Virus record (IMG/VR): IMGVR_UViG_3300017917_001687
Span: 10,057 to 74,056 of that record
DNA length: 64,000 nucleotides
Direction: 5' to 3' (one strand)
From: a virus
Positions within the stretch are counted from its first letter, which is position 1; every line of letters starts with the position of its first letter. The notes beneath the pieces are model-generated. The model was not told the origin of the DNA. It worked only from the letters and a program-made list of their open reading frames with translations, and searched no databases. This document shows, piece by piece, positions 27,001-37,167 of the stretch. Made by a program: the position numbers and the translations under genes.

Positions 27001-28835
27001 CTTTCTTTTGTAGACAATCAACATTTGAAATGGATTATGATGTTGCACCACAACCACAACCAACACCTTTACCACAACCAACAATTACTGAAATAAATTC
27101 ACAAACAAGTCCAACAAAAAAACCACCTATAGATGCGTTAAAACGTATTATTATGAAAACGTTGTCGGAGTGTTTTTATTTTAAAAAGTTAGAAGAAAGC
27201 GATCCTGTACAATTTAAATCATTGAGAGATAAATTAAAATATTTTCACCCAGGGTTCCACTCAACAACACCTGAGGGATTAAATGCTCGTTTAACATTCT
27301 TATTACAATGTATTAGACCTGGTGATACAATACCTATTAAGGGTATTGCCGATGATACGGATGTAAATGCAAGAAATACATCATTTGGTCCACCACCAAT
27401 TTGTGTATTAAGAATTGGTGATTTTTATCACTCTAAAGTTGTTATTAGAGATGTTAATATAAGTTATGACGAGAATGTTTGGGATTTAAATCCTGAAGGT
27501 ATCGGTGTACAACCTATGATTGCAACTGTTCAAATGTCATTAAATTTTATTGGTGGTCAAGGATTGGAAAAACCAATTGAAAGACTACAAAATGCATTAT
27601 CATCCAATTTCTTTGGAAATACTGAAATGTATGACGACAGATCAATACCAACAAATACAACATTTAATGGTATTCCTGCGGAGAAGTTTACCCAAGATAC
27701 ATTAAATTCTATTCTGGCTAATAAAGGATTGACGGCAAATCCAAAAGAAGATAATAATAAAAACACTAACAATAAAAATAAAAGTAGTTATATTGGTGAA
27801 CAATCTGGTGATACTTTAAATTACACCAAACTTGTTGATGATGTGTACAAAAAGACTGATGAGTATTTTAAACAATTCCAAAGTACATATAATACTCTTT
27901 ATACTAAATTTGGTAAAGACATAACAACATTACAATTATCTGAAACGTATAGACCAATAAAAGAATATGGAGTATTTACCATACTCTCACCGACACCGGG
28001 TAGAACTATATCGTTATTTGGTGTGCCAAATCAAGGTAGTGAAATACAAACTTTGAATGAAAGATTAAAAACCTCAATAGATTTATATGTTTCTGACAAC
28101 ACAGATAATATTCATTTGACAAAAATATTTGGGTTTGATAAGGTGTTGGATGGTTCTAAACAAGTTAATGCGAACTTATTTTTACAAAAATTCTTTACAA
28201 AATTCACACAAGATAAATTCATTGAGTTGTCTAATACTACAGCAGTAAAAGAACTTGAGACAAAAAGAAATGAATTAATATTGGCAATCGATAAAGTTAA
28301 TTTTGTTGTTAAATATTTTAAAGACTCATCCTTAACTAGTAGTGGTGAAAATGTAAATTCAAGTATTTTAAGTGGATTTACCTCTGACTTTTTGTACAAA
28401 GAATATGAAACCGCCATTGATTATGTGGAAAAAAACACATCAAGAATGTATGAAGATTTGGGTAGTAACATTAATTTTAAATCACCAATAATAGATGCGA
28501 TATCTTTTGAATCTATTATGAGTGAGCTACTTTATAGTGATGTATCTAAATTTGAATCTAGTTTAAAAGTTGAAGACACTAAAATATTTCCTTCGGATGT
28601 TGTAAACAGAATGATGAAAAAAGTTAACAACTTTATTTTAGAACCAAAAAATAAAACATTTAAACTTACTAAATTTAAAAACAGATCAAAAAGTAACCCA
28701 ATAATTTTTGGGTATTCATCAAGAATTAATGAAACCGATAATAATGTTATTATCGATGCAAATCTTTTACATACGGTTAAATCAAATACTGGATTCCCAA
28801 TTAATAATAAACTTAATTTTTATAGGCCAAAATAA
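24006..28835 (+). CDS. Large baseplate / tube-initiator protein with inserted OmpA-like domain
   Basis: MWFPPYDLKISE...FLGRPEPIYTYQDTSRSGQLSF and PPICVLRIGDFY..VVIRDVNISYD..WD resemble tube-initiator (gp48/54-like) folds; IESSASS...YNEKLALRRSHSV is OmpA-C-like. Confidence 0.6.
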   Translation: MPTYLDFDTTKTFRNSLIARTLQRPNGPQTFTATNYIVQNLNDLSNVDPGDVDDDRPQQLQKTSSINTFKPNFYNIVENLRVLPRRANLGLYPYFTSGNYNLVGIMSRSDYENESELFKFAASNIRNNEQGPVFGRLSQNLYTATAGRARFLEIFDNTGNQLSTLTNIITGREPLVEKNYKITVASTLLGKGVDFLQTVAGVESPFSEIPGDYLTNPRNPINNRPPATTEAGAVLQDVTGVLGSLIGIQRRPKPTRKPSDLFIEYMGQGQRQVLYDNLSYSRYAPNYTTTARSQNSSKIFNFIDKAAQGVKNFLGLEAPEGTAYIGDDRAEDVKYTMSDFNDNTVKSSYYLSLLFDPVQANLFERQRNVSQGGPISGKLTWLSKNSRNKIGLHNEEFQQFESNQFNDSKSTDKTFRGGSILSKTQELLDSMPKDGIGSRTHVGNAIDQTSRIFKEGDSMLSRGSAIKYVDQFNQETGAEFCRVWTKDRSYFNYSDTMKRTANIRNFDGSVLGGDSRPWNINYAPMSSGVYDPTGKNSFGAKNSTNILQGPDQATTYGGNEFYAKKYMFSIENLAWRTSTSPGFTYFDLPYCERGSNGGRVMWFPPYDLKISENNSARWTDNTFLGRPEPIYTYQDTSRSGQLSFKVVVDHPSILNLLVREVFKGMSDDEADNYINAFFAGCEEVDFYDLITRYSTLSASDVQLVQSYLNSGKDPQQIKKYKATTEDVTLPNPNQDQSNNTPDKVSIKKVSLKYDNDLPGPNLTILTSPIKYTDLYTAYSGQQSTHVVGLKDGLILLSGATKTEQRKEEISHIFNNPNAVIDNTSITEQQTKLTDYFYSANTSYNTYYSGVTTLKQNLENKTAQNITIKIESSASSVAKTDYNEKLALRRSHSVIQDVFNLLAKSGTKPPTPKWISSISESETKGSGNDLVIVEKGKPIQITKEYSFKDFGYDYDGKLVVTSTNYGEVFTGPQPDSQCINKEFENYENTPNPLKIYAPIAFFCRQSTFEMDYDVAPQPQPTPLPQPTITEINSQTSPTKKPPIDALKRIIMKTLSECFYFKKLEESDPVQFKSLRDKLKYFHPGFHSTTPEGLNARLTFLLQCIRPGDTIPIKGIADDTDVNARNTSFGPPPICVLRIGDFYHSKVVIRDVNISYDENVWDLNPEGIGVQPMIATVQMSLNFIGGQGLEKPIERLQNALSSNFFGNTEMYDDRSIPTNTTFNGIPAEKFTQDTLNSILANKGLTANPKEDNNKNTNNKNKSSYIGEQSGDTLNYTKLVDDVYKKTDEYFKQFQSTYNTLYTKFGKDITTLQLSETYRPIKEYGVFTILSPTPGRTISLFGVPNQGSEIQTLNERLKTSIDLYVSDNTDNIHLTKIFGFDKVLDGSKQVNANLFLQKFFTKFTQDKFIELSNTTAVKELETKRNELILAIDKVNFVVKYFKDSSLTSSGENVNSSILSGFTSDFLYKEYETAIDYVEKNTSRMYEDLGSNINFKSPIIDAISFESIMSELLYSDVSKFESSLKVEDTKIFPSDVVNRMMKKVNNFILEPKNKTFKLTKFKNRSKSNPIIFGYSSRINETDNNVIIDANLLHTVKSNTGFPINNKLNFYRPK

Positions 28836-29161
28836 TGAGTAGACAATATTTTAATAGATACGAGTTTTTTATTGATGATGATAGTTTTAGTATCGTTCCG
28901 GGTATTGAAATACCAATCAAAACAACAGATAAATACCAGTTTTTTAAAAGGGGTAAAGACAGGTTGGATAAAATGTCACAACAATATTATGGAACACCTG
29001 TTTTTGGTTGGTTAATATTGCAAGCGAATCCACAAGCGGGTAGTTTAGAATTTGAAATACCTGATAATTATGTTTTAAGGATTCCATTTCCATTAATCGT
29101 GTCTTTACAAGATTACAAAAGAAATGTAGAATTGTATAAGTTATATTATGGAGAACAATAA
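28835..29161 (+). CDS. LysM-like baseplate wedge protein (gp53-like)
   Basis: DRLDKMSQQYYGTPVFGWLILQANP...LRIP; TAATG coupling to the upstream gene. Confidence 0.8.
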   Translation: MSRQYFNRYEFFIDDDSFSIVPGIEIPIKTTDKYQFFKRGKDRLDKMSQQYYGTPVFGWLILQANPQAGSLEFEIPDNYVLRIPFPLIVSLQDYKRNVELYKLYYGEQ

Positions 29162-32100
29162 GGATTTAACAAATAGTGAAAATATACTTGTCAAAGTTGA
29201 CCAAAATAACTTAATTTTTATTGACCCAAATAGTGTAATTGATCCAGATGGACAAATACAACCAAGAGGTGTCAAACAAGAAAATTTGGTTATGTATGTC
29301 AATTTAGAGGCGGATCTTGTACCTAGAACAACCCTAATTTCAGATAATGACAGGGGAAACACCCTAACACAAATAGCCAAGGGAAACCTCAACTTTTTAA
29401 AAAACCAAACTGGTGATGGTAATTTTGACACTAGTTGGACCGATTCGTTTATTCCAAAACCAAAAGAATCTGAAAATTCGGATACCCTAAATGGAAAAGA
29501 CCTGTCTTTTAGTCAAGGTCAATTTACCGACCCGTCAGCACAAACTTTCGGAATAGAGTCAATTAGTATTGTCGTTAAGGGTGCTAACTTTGTTCCTCAA
29601 GTTAATATTAATTTCGTTGACGTTAGGGGTAAAACATTGTTTGAATCGGGTAATAATTCACCATATAACGCATTTTTTCATATTCCGTGGCCAATATTTT
29701 ATTTAACAGTAAAAGGTTACTATGGTAAAGCAATAAGGTATAGATTACATTTGGTTAAGTTTAGTTCTAAATTTAACGATTCAAATGGTAATTTTGAAAT
29801 CTCAACATCATTTGTTGGATCAACATATGCGTATTTGAATGACATTCCATTGTCCGCTGTTATTAATGCACCCTACATGTATGTAAACGAGGTAAACGAA
29901 GATAAAGAATTTGATGAAAAAAGGGGTCTTTATGTTAAAAAAGCAACACAAAGTTCAAAGGGTTATTCAATATTAAAATCTGTTTATCAACAATATAAAC
30001 AAAAAGGATTAATACCAAACGATTTCCCCGTTAAAACTCTAATGGATTTGGGATACATTGCACAAACATTAGATAAAATTTTGGAACAACAGGTTTTTAG
30101 TTCTGTTGACATGGGGGTTTTTAAAGGTGTAAAAGATCTTGATACTGCACTGAATGGGTTTGAAAATGAAACAAAAGCGTGGGCTAAGAAAAATTTGTCA
30201 AACACCGAATATGCTGTTGTGAACAAAAACGGATCAACAACAAATGAAATAGAACCCGATGAATTAAATAAATGGTATTTTTTAAATGGTTCGAGTGACA
30301 AAAGAACAAGTTTTGACAAAATAACTGGCACAACAAAAACAGGTACTCTTGAATTTTTACTTGAAAATAATAAAACTAAAATAAATAATGCTGTTAACTT
30401 TTTAAAAGAGTATAAAAAAACATCAGATGCCAATTTTACAAAATTATCGGTATCTACAATAAAAGATATAAATGAGTATGTAACGAATAAAACGACAGGT
30501 AAATTTGTTGCAGTTGGTATAAATCAACTATTTGCTGACATTTTTGAGATTAGAAAATCTTTTGAAGAACAAAATCGAAAATTAGAAGATGCTGTTGAAA
30601 AAAGAATGAACGAAATCATTAGAAGTCCAAATGCTTTAGGGTTTGAACCAACAATTAGAAATATTTTTGCCGTTTTATTGGCAAATGCCGAAGTTTATAT
30701 TAGATTAATGAAAGATGTTCATAACAGGGCATTTGAAAAATCAAAAGAAAGGGTTAAACTAATTGGTAACTTATCAAAAGAAAGTAAGGGGGAATCAATA
30801 TACCCATGGCCTGAGGTTAAAAAACCAGTTTCTGCTGGAAAACAAAATGTCATTGCGTATCCAGGAGAACCTGAATTATTAAGTAAGTTAAAATCAACCA
30901 ATAAAAATTTATGGCCAGAGGTTGATTTTGTTGAAACGTATGTTGACACTGTTACAAACAAAATTGAAACAAACGTAAAAGACGAACCAACAAGAAATGA
31001 AGTTACATATGTTTTTGAAACTAATGGTGATTTCAATGCCGTTGAAGATTTATCAACGATGGATTTATTAACAAATTCATTACCATATATTGATAAGTCA
31101 TATGCTGGATTTGTTTATGAAATATACGAAAGAGCGAAGTACGTAACTTTGTTTGATTCTTTTAGTAATGACTTTTTAATTGCTTTAGCTAATGAAGAAT
31201 TCAAAAACATTGAACAAATTATAAAAGAAGATATTGATTTAGTGGATTTTGTTAAAAATATAACAAGTGTAAATTCATTAATCAATACAACATATACAAG
31301 TACGGAATTAGATAATGGAAAGGTTACCTCAAATGTGACTTATGGTGGTTATTTGTATAGTTTATCACCATACGAAAGATTTAGTTACTTTAAAGATAAT
31401 TTACCAACTGTTGATTACATAAGATCAATAATTGATGAACCATTCAAATTTGAACCATATCAATTCACTAATTTAGACAAGTTAACCAAAAAGGGAGATT
31501 TGGGTGATAGTGAAGAAAAGTTTAACAATGAGTTACTAAAATACGAACCAGAAAACTATAGAATGAAAATTTACCCATTTAGTTCAAATACGTATTTGAA
31601 TTATATTGGTAAAGAAAGTTTTACAAGAGATAACTTTAAATTTAATGGTATCTTTAAAATAAATACCTCAGAGGGATTTATCACGACACCAGTTAAAACA
31701 ACTTCTTGGGTAAAAAATGGTTACACAGACAATATGTTCACACAAAACATGACTATTGGTAAAAGTAGTGTAAATGTTTTAAATACACCCTTTTTCCATA
31801 ATCAATTGTTTAGTGATTTCACAAAAACATCAACATACGGAAAATACACTGGTTCTGCTTACCTTTTATTAAATTCATTACCATTTATTGATTTAGATGA
31901 AACTATAACATTTGATGATAAATCAATTTTAACATCGTCTATATTCAGAGAAATATCAGGAACACATTTTGTACCTTACCATTTAATTTTAAAGTGGGGT
32001 TCAATATATCATAGGTATAAAAGATATATCACCGAGGGTGTTGATATTTTAAATGGTTGTTTAAACACTAATGATATTACACAACCAATAACAGGTTCTA

Positions 32101-34970
32101 CATTTTTTGATAATGATAGTGGATTGACATTTACGGTTTTAACTAGAACGGGTACAACCACAGGATCAACTGAGTCTGTAACATATTCTAATAAAAATAA
32201 TGTCGGATTAAATCCATTTTATCATGCAATATTTAATCAGGTGGTAAATGGTTATAATCACTATAACACGTCACTTGGTAACTTATCTTATTCATCACAA
32301 ACAATAACCAATAAGATTATACACAGGGTAAGACAAGAAAATCAAAGAAACCATTGGTCTGTTTTTATTGATAACTCACAATACGTTAGTGGTGATGATA
32401 ATTACACACTTCTACCATCAAACAATTTGGGTACTCTAACAAGGGGCGAATCATTTGATGTTTCAGAACAAAACAATTTTAAAACATTATGGTGGACCAA
32501 TGACACAACAACAGATACTTTATCGGGTTATACTTTTTCATCATATAAAGATTATCTTAGAAGTACTGGAAACACGTTTTCATTAACAACAAACTATAAA
32601 AAAGTAATTGATTTGATAGGTACTTTCAGTCCAAAAATATTAGATACTTTTGAAAGTTACTTCTTAGACTTTGCTTCACAAACATCAAACAATGAAGTTA
32701 ATTACCAAGTTTTTAATGGTACTGTTTATGATAAATTTCAAGACTTGTTAAAAGATTTGTGTGTCGTTCCAAAAGGAAATGATCCTTCAGATATTGAGTT
32801 GTTAATAAACAATTTAAAAACCAAACAAAAAACAAATGCGGAATTTGTTACTTCCTTCCTTTTAAGCAATTCTAATTTGATTAAATTTACATTGGCAAAC
32901 CCAAAAGAATTAGATGCTTACATATTGTATGGGATGGGTAACTATGGTGATTTAACAACATATGGTGTTGAACCATTTAGTATTTCAGATGTAAACACAC
33001 AAACTCAAAATTTAATTGAGTTGTACATTGGTGAAGATATTGATGGTCACTATTTAAATTTCTTCGGTGTTAATGATATTAAACTAACTGAGGAAAATAT
33101 TATAAATTACAGACCGATAGCTCTTATATATGCTGGTTATGTTAACGCCGGAAACACAAACACAAAAACAGCGTTTAGTGATTATTTGAGAAACGAAATT
33201 ATTGCAAGAAGTGTAAACACAACTTCAACTGAAGGTGTGAAAGTACCACAAGCTGGTTCAGATATAAGATTAATAAACTATCTAAACATTTTATTACCAA
33301 AACTAAGTACAATAAGAGTGGCAAACGATACATTCGTGGATCGTAAGTATAGGGGTTATAATACCAGTGACACAAAATTGGAATTATACAATACCTTCAA
33401 GTCATTTAATGATAAGTGGACTGCGGGTAACTCAATTGGACAAAGGTTACTACTTGAAGAATTTTTATTTTTAGATAAAGCAAACAAAGATATTGGTGAC
33501 AATTTTTATCTAAACATTGATAGGATTAAACCTTTACTTGATCCTAAAAATAGTAAAACCAACTTATATGGTGCAATATCTATGTTAATACAGGGAACTG
33601 AATTAGATATGAGGGCACTACCAGCATATGTTAATTTTTACGGAACCCCAATGACGAACAATAGATCAAGAATAACACCATCTAAAAATGTTGCAAAAAA
33701 CATATTTGGTACGTTCTTGGATGTTGATTATCAAGAATCCACACCAAAAATTATTATACAATATGTTGGTGGGGCATCTAAGAGACCCGACATGTCTGAT
33801 AGTAGGGCGTATAAATTTAATGATGATGGTTTTAATATTGGATCAATAAATAACAATCCAATAGTGATAACATCGCTAACTGATTTTAATAATGTTGATT
33901 TAACCAAGTCAAACAGGGCAGTTGCTTTTGAAGTTAGTTTTGGAGATCAAAACCAAGGTATATTCAAAGGATTACAATTAGACCAAGCATCTTTAAAAAA
34001 CACATCTGAAAGTTTTGTAGTAATGGAAAACTTAGCAAGGTCATCGTCTGGTGCAGGTGCATATAATGTTGACGTTGGATTATTTGATTTATATAAAACA
34101 CAATCATATAAATGTGATGTAACATCCATGGGTAATGTTATGATACAACCAACCATGTTCTTTTATTTGAAAAACATACCTATGTTTAGGGGAACATATT
34201 GGATTACTGAAGTTAGTCATAATATTAGGGGTAATAACATCACTACATCATTTACTGGTACAAGAATACCTTTTACTTCATTACCCGATCCAAAAGACTC
34301 TTTTGTTTCAAGTTATAGAGTTTTATTTGATAAAATAGCAGCGAAAGCGGTTGCATTATTTAAACAAAGAGAAGAAGATAGAAAAACAAATACAACTGAA
34401 CCTATTGAATATGATGGTGTGACTTTTATTACTGATAGGGGTCCCGAATCTAACCGAATTACTGGTGAAGAGATTACAAAGACATCACCAAAAGTAGGTA
34501 TAACCGAGTTTGGTTTACCATATAATGGTTATGAAGAAGAAAGATTAATACAAAAAATTGACAATCCAAACTATGGTGGTACATGGTTAAGAGCCGTTGT
34601 TGCAAAAATAAATGGTAAGAACTATAAAATTGAGGATGACAAAACAATGAACATTGTTAACAATTTGACTTGGTCACAATTGAATCCAAAAACAAATAAA
34701 TTTTATAGTACAAGATTTAGAGTATCTCAAAAATACTCGGCAGAAAAGATACGAACTGCAACAACTACATTTTTAAACCCACTAAATAAAAAACAAGTAG
34801 TTTTAACACCAAATTACCAATTAGACCCTACTTTGGGTAATATTCTAACTCAAGGACCTGTTAGTTCGGGACCCGATTCTAAAGAGTATGGTATAACGAT
34901 GTCTGAGTCTTTAATGAGTGAATTGGGATTATTTGATGGTAATGTGGTGTATTTTAGAATGAATAGTTAA
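29148..34970 (+). CDS. Giant baseplate hub protein (gp27/VgrG-like ends with large insertions)
   Basis: FGIESISI..PQVNINFVDVRG..FYLTVKGYYG near the N-terminus and CDVTSMGNVMIQPTMFFYLKNIPMFRGTYWITEVSHNI..TTSFTG near the C-terminus; follows the gp53-like gene. Confidence 0.6.
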   Translation: MENNKDLTNSENILVKVDQNNLIFIDPNSVIDPDGQIQPRGVKQENLVMYVNLEADLVPRTTLISDNDRGNTLTQIAKGNLNFLKNQTGDGNFDTSWTDSFIPKPKESENSDTLNGKDLSFSQGQFTDPSAQTFGIESISIVVKGANFVPQVNINFVDVRGKTLFESGNNSPYNAFFHIPWPIFYLTVKGYYGKAIRYRLHLVKFSSKFNDSNGNFEISTSFVGSTYAYLNDIPLSAVINAPYMYVNEVNEDKEFDEKRGLYVKKATQSSKGYSILKSVYQQYKQKGLIPNDFPVKTLMDLGYIAQTLDKILEQQVFSSVDMGVFKGVKDLDTALNGFENETKAWAKKNLSNTEYAVVNKNGSTTNEIEPDELNKWYFLNGSSDKRTSFDKITGTTKTGTLEFLLENNKTKINNAVNFLKEYKKTSDANFTKLSVSTIKDINEYVTNKTTGKFVAVGINQLFADIFEIRKSFEEQNRKLEDAVEKRMNEIIRSPNALGFEPTIRNIFAVLLANAEVYIRLMKDVHNRAFEKSKERVKLIGNLSKESKGESIYPWPEVKKPVSAGKQNVIAYPGEPELLSKLKSTNKNLWPEVDFVETYVDTVTNKIETNVKDEPTRNEVTYVFETNGDFNAVEDLSTMDLLTNSLPYIDKSYAGFVYEIYERAKYVTLFDSFSNDFLIALANEEFKNIEQIIKEDIDLVDFVKNITSVNSLINTTYTSTELDNGKVTSNVTYGGYLYSLSPYERFSYFKDNLPTVDYIRSIIDEPFKFEPYQFTNLDKLTKKGDLGDSEEKFNNELLKYEPENYRMKIYPFSSNTYLNYIGKESFTRDNFKFNGIFKINTSEGFITTPVKTTSWVKNGYTDNMFTQNMTIGKSSVNVLNTPFFHNQLFSDFTKTSTYGKYTGSAYLLLNSLPFIDLDETITFDDKSILTSSIFREISGTHFVPYHLILKWGSIYHRYKRYITEGVDILNGCLNTNDITQPITGSTFFDNDSGLTFTVLTRTGTTTGSTESVTYSNKNNVGLNPFYHAIFNQVVNGYNHYNTSLGNLSYSSQTITNKIIHRVRQENQRNHWSVFIDNSQYVSGDDNYTLLPSNNLGTLTRGESFDVSEQNNFKTLWWTNDTTTDTLSGYTFSSYKDYLRSTGNTFSLTTNYKKVIDLIGTFSPKILDTFESYFLDFASQTSNNEVNYQVFNGTVYDKFQDLLKDLCVVPKGNDPSDIELLINNLKTKQKTNAEFVTSFLLSNSNLIKFTLANPKELDAYILYGMGNYGDLTTYGVEPFSISDVNTQTQNLIELYIGEDIDGHYLNFFGVNDIKLTEENIINYRPIALIYAGYVNAGNTNTKTAFSDYLRNEIIARSVNTTSTEGVKVPQAGSDIRLINYLNILLPKLSTIRVANDTFVDRKYRGYNTSDTKLELYNTFKSFNDKWTAGNSIGQRLLLEEFLFLDKANKDIGDNFYLNIDRIKPLLDPKNSKTNLYGAISMLIQGTELDMRALPAYVNFYGTPMTNNRSRITPSKNVAKNIFGTFLDVDYQESTPKIIIQYVGGASKRPDMSDSRAYKFNDDGFNIGSINNNPIVITSLTDFNNVDLTKSNRAVAFEVSFGDQNQGIFKGLQLDQASLKNTSESFVVMENLARSSSGAGAYNVDVGLFDLYKTQSYKCDVTSMGNVMIQPTMFFYLKNIPMFRGTYWITEVSHNIRGNNITTSFTGTRIPFTSLPDPKDSFVSSYRVLFDKIAAKAVALFKQREEDRKTNTTEPIEYDGVTFITDRGPESNRITGEEITKTSPKVGITEFGLPYNGYEEERLIQKIDNPNYGGTWLRAVVAKINGKNYKIEDDKTMNIVNNLTWSQLNPKTNKFYSTRFRVSQKYSAEKIRTATTTFLNPLNKKQVVLTPNYQLDPTLGNILTQGPVSSGPDSKEYGITMSESLMSELGLFDGNVVYFRMNS

Positions 34971-34990
34971 CATTTTTTGGGATTACATGA

Positions 34991-34998
34991 TATTTATA
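34991..34998 (+). promoter_or_regulatory. Putative late promoter TATTTATA
   Basis: 13 nt before ATG 35012. Confidence 0.55.
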
Positions 34999-35011
34999 AA
35001 GAAAAAACATT

Positions 35012-35215
35012 ATGAGTAATTATAATTTAAACAAGACGTTAGACAACTTTGTGTCACCAAAACAGGTGAGAAACGTTTCTAATGACGGGATGGAAAGAGA
35101 AGAATGTGACTTACAAACCGGAGAATGTTATGTAATCAGATCTAAAGACGGAATTGTTGAAAGAATCAACAAGAAAGTCATAACCGAAGATGGAAGACAA
35201 CTTTTACAAGACTAA
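35012..35215 (+). CDS. Hypothetical protein (67 aa, CDLQTGEC motif)
   Basis: Late-promoter motif at 34991-34998 and an A-rich leader. Confidence 0.6.
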   Translation: MSNYNLNKTLDNFVSPKQVRNVSNDGMEREECDLQTGECYVIRSKDGIVERINKKVITEDGRQLLQD

Positions 35216-35219
35216 TAAA

Positions 35220-35861
35220 ATGAAACAACTTGAAAAAAAATTATTAGAGGAAGTTAATCGTTTTAGACAGATTAACAAATACACCGCAAACTTACTTAAA
35301 GAACAAGAAGCGGCACCTGCGGGTGAACTACCCCCACCACCAGGTGATGAGGCTTTACCAGCACCAGACGAAGCCTTACCTCCAACAGACGTACCTGCAG
35401 AAACCTCTGCAGACGTACCACCAGTTGAAGAGGATAATACTGAAGAAATCGATATCACTGATTTAGTTAATATGACAAAATCAATTAAGAAAGATATTGA
35501 TGACAACAAAAATGAACATGGTGATGTTTTAAATAAAATGGACGATGTTTTCACCAAACTAAGTGATTTAGAATCAAAACTATCACAAATGGATTCTATC
35601 ATAACTAGAATTGATGACTTAGGTAACAAAGTGGAAAACATGAGGGAAAAAACACCCGAAGAAAAATTGGAACTTCGTTCATTAGATTCATACCCATTTA
35701 ACCAAAACCCTCAAGAGTTCTTTTCACAAAAACAAGGTGAAATGAGAGCTTCAGGAAAAAATGAATACGTTATCAATAAACAAGACATCGGATCGTACTC
35801 ATTAGATACGATTAGAGATACTTTTAATCCTGAAAACGAAGAAGATGAATTTACATACTAA
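35220..35861 (+). CDS. Acidic coiled-coil protein with Pro-rich linker (possible internal head protein)
   Basis: Start at MKQLEKKLLEEVNR avoids overlap with the upstream gene; EAAPAGELPPPPG linker; heptad region LSDLESKLSQMDSIITRIDDL. Confidence 0.55.
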   Translation: MKQLEKKLLEEVNRFRQINKYTANLLKEQEAAPAGELPPPPGDEALPAPDEALPPTDVPAETSADVPPVEEDNTEEIDITDLVNMTKSIKKDIDDNKNEHGDVLNKMDDVFTKLSDLESKLSQMDSIITRIDDLGNKVENMREKTPEEKLELRSLDSYPFNQNPQEFFSQKQGEMRASGKNEYVINKQDIGSYSLDTIRDTFNPENEEDEFTY

Positions 35862-36216
35862 AGTAAACTTATTATTAGGTATCCATGCACAATTGAAGGT
35901 ATTTCATTGGCAAACAAAAGGATATGCAAGACATAATGCATTTGCACAAACCAGAGATGAATTGGAGGACTTAATGGATTCATTTATTGAGGAGGCGATG
36001 GGTAAATATGGTAGATTCACGTTAGATGATGAAACTAATACATTGAAATTGTTTAACTTATCTGAGTTAAAACCTGCCGAAATGGTAGAAACCATATGTC
36101 AATCATTTATTGGTTTTACAGAAGAATTAGACCCCGTTGATACAAATTTATTGAATATTCGAGACGAAATGTTAGGTTTATTCCAAAAATTAAAGTATCT
36201 TTTAACATTGGAATAA
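35845..36216 (+). CDS. Ferritin/Dps-like protein (DUF5856-type)
   Basis: LKVFHWQTKGYARHNAF...DSFIEEAMG and LLNIRDEML...KYLLTL four-helix pattern. Confidence 0.75.
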   Translation: MNLHTKVNLLLGIHAQLKVFHWQTKGYARHNAFAQTRDELEDLMDSFIEEAMGKYGRFTLDDETNTLKLFNLSELKPAEMVETICQSFIGFTEELDPVDTNLLNIRDEMLGLFQKLKYLLTLE

Positions 36217-36243
36217 CCACCGAAAAAATATTTTAAAAAAAAG

Positions 36244-36274
36244 AAAGGTCAGATTTTGTAATCTGACTTTTTTT
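36244..36274 (+). terminator. Intrinsic terminator
   Basis: GTCAGATT-TTGT-AATCTGAC stem followed by T7. Confidence 0.85.
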
Positions 36275-36309
36275 GTTTATACTTTATCTACAATTTAATT
36301 AAATAATAT

Positions 36310-37155
36310 ATGTCAACATTTGATGCAGTACTGGCTCAGTACGAAAAAAACAAAAACGCTGCAAGCAGCAACAAAGTATCTCAAGAAGATAGACTAAAAA
36401 AGTATTTTACAACTCTTTTACCTAAAGGTGCTAGAAGTGGTGAAAAACGTATCCGTATCCTACCTACCAAAGATGGTAGTTCTCCCTTTGCCGAATCTTA
36501 CTTTCATGAAATCCAAGTAGATGGTAATTGGGTAAAACTTTATGACCCTAAACAAGAAGGTAAACGTTCACCATTAAATGAAGTTTATGAGGGTCTTATG
36601 ATGACCGGTGTTGAAGCCGATAAGGTTTTGGCTCGTCAGTATCGTGCTCGTAAATTCTACATTGTTAAAGTTATTGATCGTGAAAACGAACAAGATGGTG
36701 TTAAATTTTGGAGATTTAAACACAATAGTAAAGGTGAGGGTGTTTTAGACAAAATTTTCCCACTTTTCAAAAACAAAGGTGATATTACCGATTTAGAAAA
36801 AGGTCGTGATTTAATTATCACTTTAGGATTAACTAAAGCGGGAAATGGTCGTGAATACACAACAATCACCTCTATTATCCCTGAAGACCAATCACCACTA
36901 CATGTGGACAAGGAAACTGCTCAATCATGGGTTAATGATGAATTAACATGGTCAGATGTTTACTCAAAGAAACCTGAAGAGTATCTTGAAATGATTGCCA
37001 AAGGTGAAGTACCTAAGTGGGATTCTGAAACCAAAAAATGGGTATCAGGATCTACAGAAGAGACAACATTAATGTCTCCTCCAGCATCAAGCACAAAAGT
37101 ACCTGATTACGATCCACAAGAAAATGATTCTGAGGACGATGATCTACCTTTCTAA
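36310..37155 (+). CDS. Single-stranded DNA-binding protein (T4 gp32-like)
   Basis: IRILP...PF...FH, FYIVKVIDR, DITDLEKGRDLII and an acidic tail ending DDDLPF; first gene of the replication block. Confidence 0.8.
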   Translation: MSTFDAVLAQYEKNKNAASSNKVSQEDRLKKYFTTLLPKGARSGEKRIRILPTKDGSSPFAESYFHEIQVDGNWVKLYDPKQEGKRSPLNEVYEGLMMTGVEADKVLARQYRARKFYIVKVIDRENEQDGVKFWRFKHNSKGEGVLDKIFPLFKNKGDITDLEKGRDLIITLGLTKAGNGREYTTITSIIPEDQSPLHVDKETAQSWVNDELTWSDVYSKKPEEYLEMIAKGEVPKWDSETKKWVSGSTEETTLMSPPASSTKVPDYDPQENDSEDDDLPF

Positions 37156-37167
37156 AAAATAACTAAC

